Positions 26,701 through 38,700 of a stretch of 64,000 bases of DNA are shown here, piece by piece. A model generated the notes under the pieces. The model did no database searches. It was given only the letters and a program-made list of their open reading frames with translations, and was not told the origin of the DNA. This DNA is from an uncultured Clostridia bacterium (lineage in GTDB: Bacteria > Bacillota > Clostridia > Christensenellales > CAG-917): NCBI GenBank assembly GCA_947305865.1, contig CAMZEU010000002.1, positions 1,019-65,018 of the forward strand, read 5' to 3'. The position numbers and the translations under genes were made by a program. Position 1 is the first letter of the stretch. Each line of letters opens with the position of its first letter.

Positions 26701-29700
26701 GAAGATACAAGCAAGTATCGATTTATGGCCATTGATTTCTTATTTAAATGGCGATAAGGATATATATACAGATAAGAACAATTCACAATTATTACTTGAA
26801 ATTGAAAAGATTTCACAAAGCTTGGATCGTAAGTTATTAATTGGTCTCTACTATATTGGTGGTGTATTGTATCTCGATGCAACCAACTTTGGTATTGATA
26901 GAGTAGCAATTAATATTGACTTGTTAGAATTAGTTATTAACCTTATCCTTAAGGATAAATATGTTGAAATTAAGGGCGATGATTTGAAACCTGTAGCAGA
27001 AGGCGGATATGCAGGACCAAGATATGTTGAGTCCAAAGATGCAGATGGAAATAGTGTTTATACAAGAGATGATGAAAACGGAACATTCAAGTATATCTTA
27101 GATACTATTAGAATCAACCCATCATCCGAGGCATCCTCTGCAGGTGATCCAGATCCACAATTAACACCAGTAGAGAAGCAAAAATTAGCTATTGTTATTC
27201 AAGCTGAAATTTCTTCTACTGCATTTATGGTTAAGTTGGTAGATGGTTTAACTCAAATCTTAAATGAAAAATTAGGTCTCGACTTACCAGGTATTGCATT
27301 ATGGTTAAAACTTGCTATTGCACCAGATTATGTTGAAGATGCAAATGGAATTTATAGATTTGTTGAAGACAAGAATGGTGAATACTTTGTAAATAATAAG
27401 TATGGCAACTTTGTTGTTGCAGAACCAAGCTTTACAGGTACAAAATACAAGAAGATGCCAAACTTCTTATCAAAACTTGGCGTTTCAGCACACTTCGGTA
27501 TTCTCGATGAAAATGGTGATGATGATAATGGTATTGATGTATCAATTAGTAAGTTAGAATTACAAATTGGAGAATTGAAACAAGTTGCTGCAGATAATGT
27601 AACTAATAATGCAGATAAATATGAAACAATTACTCTACTTGACGAAAATAATAACATAGCTATTGAACAAGCATTTATTGAGTTAACAGGTGCTATTAAT
27701 CTTTCTGCTCAAGGAACAAACGGTGGCTATGAAGATTGGACTGTTGGTGATTGGATTTCAGCAGTAGTTTCTCAAGATTCAAAGACAATTCAATCTATTT
27801 TACATGGATTATTAGTAAGAATTGGTGTTAACCACAACATTAGTACAACAATTGGATTTAGAATTGCACTTCTTGCGAGATTCAATTGGGAAAATGGATT
27901 TGATATCAACTATGTATTATCTCACTCTGATTTGAGAATTGAGTTATACAAAGGTGAATATGTTGCTGGTGGTAACAATACCAACTTGATTACACTCTCA
28001 CTTCTTTACCAAGGAGACGTTGCAGGTGTTCCTTCAAGCACATTATTCTTAGAATCAGATTTACAAATCATCCAAAATACAAAGATTTATTTGGATGGAA
28101 TTAATCTTGTAACATTACTCGGTTTAGATAAATCTAAAGAAGAAGAAAATGCCGAACCAGAACAAACAGCAACACCAGCTCCTTCAACAGATCCAGCCCC
28201 ATCTACAGATGAACAAACATCATCCGAAGAAGAAAGTGGTGGTCTCTTAAGTGGACTTACAGGTAAAGGCGGTATATTAAGTGATATCCCAGCATTACTC
28301 AACAGCACAATTTATTCTGTAACAGCAAGTATGGATGAAATCAAGATTTCATTCGCAAAGAATCTTGCTGCATTCATTGTTTCTCTCATTGTTGGAGATG
28401 GCAATGACCAATACATCGAATTAGATGATGGTGAATTAAATACTGTTGGATTAGAAGATCGTTATGCTGTTGTTTATGTAGCAGACGATTATGGTAACTT
28501 CTATCAACATACAAATGGAAATTATTACAAGATTAAAGATGCAACATTTGATGGACAAAGATATGAACCTAGATTTGTATCTCTTGCAAATAATCTCTAC
28601 AAGAAAGTTGATGATACATACACATTACTCACAGCTGAAGAATTATACACATATTCTGGAGATAGATATTTTGAATATGCAGGAAATAAAGTAAAGTTTG
28701 TCGGAAATTATTATAAGTTCACTGTAAGTGATGAAGGCACAGACTATACAATTACAAATATTCAAGGTTTTGCAACTCCATTAACAGCAGCTGAAGAATC
28801 TGATGTATTTAAAGGAACAAGATATAGAGCAGATTATATTGCTTTAGCAAATAACTTCTATACAAAATCAGGAAACAATTACGCTTTAATAGAGAATATT
28901 TATACATTCTCTGGTGAAGCATATTACAAGATTGGTGATGAATATACATTATTCGATGGAACATACTACAAACTCCAAAGTGATGGTTCATATGCAGTAA
29001 TTTCAGATGAAGATAGAAAGACATTCGATGGCGCTCTCTATGCTGTAAATTATGTAAAGGATAACAATGGAACATACAAGTATGTTTATGCAATGTATGA
29101 TTACATTGACCAAGATGATGGCTCAAGATATAAGTGGTTAAAGGACTTCTTCCCAATTAATCCAGAAGACAGCTTCCTCTCATTAGAATGGGCTAATACA
29201 TATCGTCTTGAATTCAGCTTAGGTATTACTCCAGTCGCTCTTGGATTAGAACTTTCCAAGATTAGACTCTCTCTAAGTGATACAGCATCCGTATTGGAAT
29301 CACCAATTAATAAAGCAGAATATAACAATGTTCTCGACTTTGAAGATTTAACAATTAGTGCTGCAATAGAAATTAACTTCTCACTCGCAGAAGCCAGTGA
29401 AGATAACCCATATGCAATTGGCGATTATATTTCAGTATTCCTTGCAGAATTGGCATTAAAGTTCGGTATCACAGTTGAAAGCGAAATCGGTGTAAACTGG
29501 GAATTAAGACTTGATGCAAACCTTAACACAAAGGATTCTACAAAAGCTCAAATCTTATTAGAATTAAGAGATATTGAAAAGAGCAAGATGATACTTGGTA
29601 TCTACCTTGTAAACAGCAACTTATATGTTGATATGGGATTCCTTTCTGATTATGACTTTGTAATTGAAGGAACCAACTTCGCAGTATTATTAACAAATGT

Positions 29701-32700
29701 TTTGAACCAAGTCCTTGGTGGAATGGGTATCTCATTTGGTGGAACAGAATCTGAGGCTACAACAGCAGCAGAGACAAATTCTGTTGATGCAGGAATTATT
29801 CTCAATCTTGCAGAAAGAGACATTCAATTAAAGATTACCGAAGCTGTAATATTCGCAATCATTAGTGCAGTCATTGGAACAGGTGATGCAAGCAATGCTG
29901 TAGATTTATTACAACAACTTGGTTTGAAGTTATCTATTGACTTAGACTTAGATTTAAGAAATGTTGCTCTTGCTCTCAAGATTGATTCATCAATCTTAGA
30001 TCCAAAGAACTCTATTTCAGAAGTAGATATCAATGGAAACACAGTATACACAACAGAAGTTTATAGAGACTTCTTCAACATGGAATTAAATATTGTTGCA
30101 CCAAAGATTTCATTTGCTCCAACAGATGCAGATATCGCAGCAATTAAAGAATCCATTGAAAAGGCAATTTATACTGGAATTCTTCTTGTTGAATTAACAG
30201 ATGAAGAAAAAGATCATGGCTATGGTAAATGGGTAAAAGAACCTGTATTATTAAGTCCTAAAACTGACTATGTTGTTGGTAATCCAATTGTAGGTACATA
30301 CTATACAATGTTTGATGGATATTTCTATCCTGCAAGTGGTTACTTCAAGGCTGAAGAACATTACTATAGAATAGATGAAACAACCAATAAGACAGAGGCT
30401 ATTTATAAACTCTTAACAGCACGTGGATTTGGTCAAACAGTTGATGAAGAATTTGATTTTGATAGATTCGATGTATTCAATAATAATCCAATCTTAAGCT
30501 TTGACCTCGACTTATTCGTTGACTTATTCGTTTCAACAACATTCAAATATGAAGGAGAAAAGGCTAAGAACTATAGCCCATCACAAAGATATACAAAGAG
30601 ATTATCTGATGGAAGATTTGTTCAAGATGATGATGGCTTATATGTACAACAAACATTAAGCATGGATGAATTACTTGATGCACTTGTTAGCTTGCCATTC
30701 GTACAAAACTTAATTGTTTCATTGGAAAACAATGAGTCTGTTGGCGAAATTCTTGGACCTGTAGTTTCATCTCTTGCAAAGCAATTATCATTCCAAGCAT
30801 TGTATCAAGCACCATTGGATCTCAATATTGTTCTTTCAATCAAAGGTAACATAGATTTAGGTGTCTTGGGTATCTCATCACTTCTCACAACAGGTGATTT
30901 GGGAGAATTGAACTTTGATATTCAAACATTATTAAGTGCTATTAACCTTGGTATCGAAATTTCATTCAATAAGGGTGATAGTAAGAGCAAGATAGGAATT
31001 TACCTTGTAAATGGTAATCTCGTTATTGATTTAAGCGATTTATCTGGCCCAACAATCAAGGCAAGCTTATTTGATATTCTCTCAATGTTTGATGTAGATG
31101 CCTCAACAATTCTTAACAATAGCGAGGCAACAACATCTGCAGACGAAGAAGAATCAACAATTGAAAAAGTAGCAAGAATACTTAATGGCATTGTAGATGC
31201 AGTTATCTTTGAGACTGGAACACAAACAATCCCATTCTTAAATGAATCCTACAGCACATTAGACGATGTCAAGATTAGATTTAATAAGAATATTGTTGCA
31301 AACTTACTTGAATTGATATTCAAGATACCATTTAAAGCTGAAGGATATGAATTAGACGAATCAAATAGTGGATTATACTTATTCTTCCATGATTCAAGAT
31401 TTGCTAATGATCCAACATTAGTTAATTCAGAAGGTATCAATCCATTCAAGGGTTGGGCACTAGAGGTTGAAGCTTCATTATCTAATGGCATGTATTTCGA
31501 CATGGCAACAGGTATTGGTGCAACAATTAGAATAGGAAAAGAAGCAAAAGAATTATTATCTCAAGAAAATCTTAATGCTGCTGTTGAAATTACAGACTAT
31601 CTTGAAAACTTGTTCGGTACATTTGGCTTAATTGATAAAGTCGGAACATATGTAACAGTTTCTACATACGAGAGTGAATATGTAGATGCACAAGATAGAA
31701 TTGATCCTACAAGCCGTTATAACAAGGTTGTAGATGGATATACACAAGTAGGTGGATTAGTTGGTGAATATGTATTACTCGTTGGCGAAGAAGACTACAT
31801 AAGCGCAAAACGTTTCTTACCTCTCAACCAATATGCAATTTACTTTGAAAATGGCGTTGTAGCAGATGTAGATAATACACTTCGTTATACAAGAACAGAA
31901 GTAAAAGAAGGCGAACAAACAGTTGGTTATACATATGAACAAAATTCAGCTGGCGAATATGTATTATATGCAACACAAAAGCATGTATTAAAGAGCTTAT
32001 ATCTAAAAGCTAACGACATTGAAACATTGCCACAAACAATGGCAACATTCAATCCAACATATAAATATGTCCAAAATAATGAAGGTGATTTCGTCTTCAT
32101 TAAGGAAGGAGAATACATTTCCGCAAAGGACTATGCTAAGTATCTTGGACAAGAAAGAGTTGCTGCATTGGTTCGTTATGACAGAGAACCTGTTTATGCA
32201 CAAAGCAATGTTGGTGAATTTGTTAAGTTAGTAGATGAATATATGCCTGTTGCTGCATACATTGCATTTACAAACGTTGTAGATGTACCAAAAGAAATTA
32301 GATATAACCGTGAAGATGGTAAGTATGTACAAAAGGATGATGGTTCATTAGTCCACATTGATGTACTCTATGTAAATATCACAAGATATTGTCTCCTCAA
32401 CGGTGTTACAGAAGATTCCATTGACAGAAGAACAAGATACAACTTTGATGGATATAGATATTCACGTGATGATGAAAATGGTGAATATGTAAGAGCAGAA
32501 AGCCTTGAATATAATGGAATAGATGAAAGAGGTATTGTTGTTGATTATAACCTCTATTCAACAGTAGTTGCTGATACAGCACGTTATAGATATATCAAGA
32601 CAGTTGTTACACAAAACAACCAAGGTGAATATGTCAAGTTGCCAAAAGGAACAATCATTTCACTAGAAGATTACGCATATTATACAGGTACAGCTATTGC

Positions 32701-35700
32701 TGATATCCCACTCTCAATCAGAATCAATGCTGATGAAGAGCCAGATCAAAACGGAACAAGAGTAAAGACTACATCTGAAATGATAGTAACACTTGCTCAA
32801 TATTGCGTAAGAAATTCAATCTCCGATGCAAACATTGACTCAATGGTACCTATTTCAATTCGTGCAGCTGTAAAAGAAGTATACGATGTATGGGCAGATG
32901 AAGATGGTGATGGATATAAAGATTGGACAGATTCTGATAATGATGGAAAAGATGATAAGACTGGAATAGCAGTTACAACAAAGTATACTCTTGCAGATTA
33001 TCCATATACATTCATCCCAGCAGAATATTCTTCACAAAATATTTATCTCTCATTGAATGCAAGATTATTCTTCGAAACAGTTGATAAGAAGAGTGTAAAT
33101 ATTGGTGGATTATTAACCAATTGGTTAGGTGATGCAATTATTGAATTAACATCAGGTAACATCTTCAAAGATGGTATTGGTGCAAGAATTGCAATTAACC
33201 TTGATATTGCATCCTTAGATTTAAGCAATGGTTTGAACAGCATCTTGAATTCAGACTTCAGTAATATTGAAATTGGACTTGAGTTACTTGAAACAGATGA
33301 AAATGGACAAATTATTGTTGACGAATATGGTAACACAAAGCAAAAAGGTGGATTATATCTCTACCATGGTACACTCTACTTAGATGGTATGGGAATCTTC
33401 CCAGATGCAAATCAATATTCATATATTCCTAACTTCATGGAATTAATCCAAAATGTTATCAATTATGATTTCTCATTCCAAGAATTAATTGATGGAATTT
33501 CCAATGAAATTGGATTAGGAACAACATCTGCAGAATCTTCTACAAGCAGTGAAGAAGATAGAAATGCAATCCTTGAATTATTGACAACAGATACTTCAGT
33601 TCAACTTGTATTAACCAAGTCATTAATTGCAGTAATTATTGCAGCTCTCCTTCCAGAAGTTGGTTCTGTTGCAGAAGTATTCGATCAATTCTCATTAACA
33701 TTAGGAATTGACTTCGGTTCTTCTAACTACAAGATGTTCTCAGATTGGAGATATAGAGATGTAAATGGTGGCGTTTATGAATCAGATGCTAAATACTACA
33801 ATGTTGAATATACAACATTAGTTGAAGGTACTGATTATAATGTAGGTGATATCATTAGTGTAGTTGCCTATACAAAGCCAGGTAGCGAATATATCCCAGC
33901 ATATGGATGCTTCGAAACATCAACAACATACTATACATTAAGAAAGACTGCTCTCACAGTTGGATTAGATTATCAACTTGAGACTTCAATCAATAGTGGA
34001 GTATATGAATTAGTAAGCACAGAAACGGCTCTTGATTATGTATTAGATGACATAGCTGGTTCAAAACAAAGATATGCAATTTCAGATGTACAAAAGACAA
34101 CATATACTGACGTTGCAGCATTTACTGCAAAAGCAGGTTATGTATTAGGTGAAGATGCCAACGGATATAAGATCTTCTCATATTTGACACAAGCACAAAT
34201 TCACAACATTATCACAAATAAGGGTAGTGTAGATGTTTATAGACTTACATTTGTTGAAAATAATGCTGGTCTTTATATGTATGTAGAAGATGATTTTGGA
34301 CAATACTATGCATGTATTCTTCCATTATCTGAACGTTATACATACCATTCTTCAATTGATTATGAATTAACAAATGGCTTCGATGAAGGAAATGAATCTC
34401 GTATCCCAACAGATATTCAATCTGAATATGTGGATGTAGTTAAAGTTGCATCACAACAAGGTCAATTTGCTAGAGCATATGTTGAAAATAGATGGTTATA
34501 TGTTGATACAGAAAGATATCCATTAATGTATTCATTTAATGGTGAGAAGTTCTACAAGAATGCATCTGATTTCTATGATTTATATAACACAACACCTGGA
34601 TTCAGTTATACAGAAGGATTAAGCATGATTGTTAATACAACAACCAAGGAATCCTACACATATGTTTACTACTACAACAACTACTATGTAGTTTCTGGCT
34701 TATACAACAAGTTAACTGGATACACAACAGATTCAAAGGGTGTTTACTATAGTAAATTACACGTATTCACAAATATTTATGAATATGGTGTAACACTTGC
34801 ATTTGATATCAATGGTGTTCATGCTGGTTTAACAATTAATGGTCTTAAGATTGACTTCGGTGCAGGCCACTCAATCTTGCCACAACGTATTATTAAACAA
34901 CAAACAGAAGGAACATATACACTTGGCATTAGGTACAAGGAAATATATGGTCAAGCTGCATATGACGCAGTACAAAAGAAAGATAAGTACAAATTAACAA
35001 AATATGGATATGTACAAGATGACTATGGCAACTATATCCGTCATGATTATGAATATTGCCCACTTGTAATATTCTACGATAGCACAATCGAATTATCATT
35101 CTCAGTTGAATTAGAATTATCAATTGACGAAGGTAAGATTGATATTGGACCATTATTTGAAGATCTCTTAGGAGACTTAGATGGTGTTTCAATTGAAATC
35201 CCAGCAACAACAAAGGGTTATTCTTCAGCTCACTTCCGTCTTGATGCAAGCTTAAAGATTGATATGTACGATTTGTCCAACTCAGAATTGGTAATGGAAT
35301 TATACTCAATTGGTATCACAGGTTATGAGACATTATGGCTTGGTGTTTACTACATTGCAGACGTAATTTATATCAATGCTGCAGTTCTTGGTTTACCAAA
35401 GATGTCAATCACAAGCTTTGGTATTATGACATATCTTAATACAATTCTTAAAGACATTATTGGTGAGTTCTATAATGAGAATGTATTACCAGATGCAGAA
35501 GATTCATCTTCTGAAGCTGGAATTGCTTCTGATGCTATAACAGCTAATACTGCAAACGGTGAAATAGACGTATCAGTATTGTTTGATAGAAGAACATTAA
35601 GTGTTCAAGTCGCAAACACATTCATTCGTTGGGCACTTGGTTTAGTTGTAATTGATAAGGATTCTGGATTAACAATCGCAGACTTAGTATCACAACACTT

Positions 35701-38700
35701 AATTGCTGGTGTTGGACTTGATATGAGACTCGAAGATGGATTCAACCTTGATCTCAACGTTGCTCTTGGATTCAAGGGTGATAGATTCACAATTATCAGA
35801 GAAGACCAAGAAGAATTAGCTAAGAACAAGTTCTATGCATTCGACAGAAATGAACTTGGTGATTATGTATTAGAAGACGGTGTATTAAGAGTTATTAAGC
35901 CATCCGAAAAGGTTGACGCACTTTCTCGTTATACACTCAATGAAAACACAACATTAGTAGAAGGAAAGAAGAAGGTCTACTTCGATACATATGCTGAAGC
36001 AGAAGCAGCAGGAAATTATGTTGCATATCTCTCAGCAGCTAAGTCCGAAGCTAACATGGAAGAATATGATATGAACCTTGATTTATATGTTGGAATCAAG
36101 AACCTCAATATCGCATTCAACTCCGTACATGAATTCAAACTAACAGCAGAAGACATTGGCGAATACAGTGAAGTAGGTGAATTAGAACATATTTCATTAC
36201 AAGAAGTTATCGATATTACAACATTGTTCAAGGCTGATTCAAATATTGACTTAGCAGAAATATTGACATACTTCTTCCCAGAAGTTGATGCAGATTCAAT
36301 TATTGCTGAAATTACAGCAGAATCTGACTCACATGGAGACATCCATAGAATCATTGAAGCTGAAATCAATATGGATATTAAGATTGCTGCTCTTATGAAC
36401 TACTTCAGACAAGTATTCACAATGGGTACAGCAAACTTCAATTCAGACTTCTCAATCTCTGACTTAATCTCAATCATTAAGGCAGTATTGAACAAAGATG
36501 ATAACCTCAATGTATATCAAATTCTTGACGATGTACTTTCATATATCAATACATCTGTTGTTATCCGTACAAGATGTGGATATGATGAATTAACAGGTCA
36601 ATACACAGATACACACAACTGGATTTCAATCTTCTTTGTTGGTGGTGAATTTGAATTGTTACAAGAAAACAACTTTGGTGTATATGGATACAGAGATGAC
36701 AAGACTACATTCGTAGATAAAGAACATCGTTATAGCCATTACTTCAAGGCGGCAGATAACAATGGACCATATTACTACAATGCAGATACAAAGAAATATG
36801 ATCTCATCACAGAAAACTTCGAAGAAGATGTAGACACATATTATTATGATTCAACATATTGTTATCTCAATGAAAATGGTGAATATTATCGTCACAATGG
36901 TGGCTTGTATGTTGATTTGAGTTACTTCAATATACCATCTCTCTACTTACAAAGCACATCAATCGAACACTTATTCGAATCATTATCATTAAATGATACA
37001 ATTAACGGATTACTTGGTGGTTCAGAAGCATCTACACCAGAAGAAAAAGTTGTTGCATCAACAGAGAGTGATGCTACAGCTGCTGTTTCATTCCCACTCT
37101 TGAATGAAGAAGTTTCTGGTTATATCCGTGCATTCTTATATGGATTAAAGATAACATCACAATTAACATCAGTTATTGTTCAACCAGACTACATCAACCA
37201 AATCTTGAAGTTAGTCATGGGAGAAGATGGTGCAATTAAGTTCAGTTACCTTGATAACCAAGAATATAAGTATGATAAAGACGGAAACGTACAACATGCT
37301 TCGTCATTAACAATTTATGCAGACCGTTCAGCATATAACTTCATTACATCTTCTTATGCATTTGCAAGTGAGATTAATGATTCTAATGCAAGATTCCTTG
37401 CAACATATAATCAAGAAGAAGGTCAATACATAATTAACCCAATTGATTATATTATTACAATGGCTGAATTTACTGCAGAATTTGGCACAACATTTACCAC
37501 AGATCCAGTAACAGCTGAAATTTCCAACCCAGAGGTTGATAGAAGATTTGAAAATGCTCCTATTAGATGTGACTCTATTGGAAATCCAGATGTAGATGGT
37601 GACCATGTCAAGTTTACACGTTATGAATATCAAGAGAAGAAGAATTTAAGCGAAGCCGAATTAGACTACTATGTAGCAGCTAATGGATTATTCTTCGATG
37701 TTGATATGACAGATACTTATGTATATGTTGGCAATGGATTCACATACTTCGGACAAGCAGAACCTGATGCAAGTACAACAGGAATATTCAATGACTATAC
37801 TTCAAACTTTGCATACTTCTACGGAATCGTAGGAAATGAATATGTCAAGTTGACTCTTAAGGACAATAGATATCTCTATATTGGATCTTCAGATACCCCA
37901 TACACAGGAGTTGATGTATATGTTTCATCTGGTAAGATGTCTAAGTTGAGCAAAGTTACAAAGACAGAACGTAGATATACATATACTGATGTTGAGACTT
38001 ACTATACACCAGTTAAGTTTACAACAGGTGACTGGGTACTCCAAAGCGATGGTTCTTATAAACTTTATGCAGGAATGTCAATCGTAGAACAAAGTGAAGT
38101 TGATGCTAATGATAGATATAATATGATGCCAATGTATCTCACTGGAAGTGTTGTTGAAGTATCCACAGATACATGGCAAAAATATAGATACAGAACACTT
38201 GTTAATAGTGAGTATGATTCAATTGTTAACCATGGTCGAATCTATGTTGACGGTGTAAAGAGATATATGGATATGATCATATTCACTGAGAATATGGCAT
38301 ATGTAACATATCAGGCCAAAACGACTGTAGATGGTCCTGTACGTACTATGTATATTCCAGAGATGATGAACAATCTCTTGATTAGACCAACAACATATAC
38401 TCCAGTTTCTGTAACTGCTGCTGAAATTATAGCAAAAGCAAAGATTGGAACAGATTATTGCTTCTATGGATATGACTTAAAGAAGTATGAATTTGTAGCC
38501 TTAGCATGGGATACAACAAATAATTATTGGTATCTCTCAACAGATACTGAACATACAAGATATACTGGTGCATTATATATGCTCAGTATCCATGATGAAT
38601 ACAACCCAATCATAACCATTCCAGCATCTAATGTTAAGAATGATTCATTGATGTCATTACAACTTTATCTCTGGGAACACACAATTACAATTGATATCAA

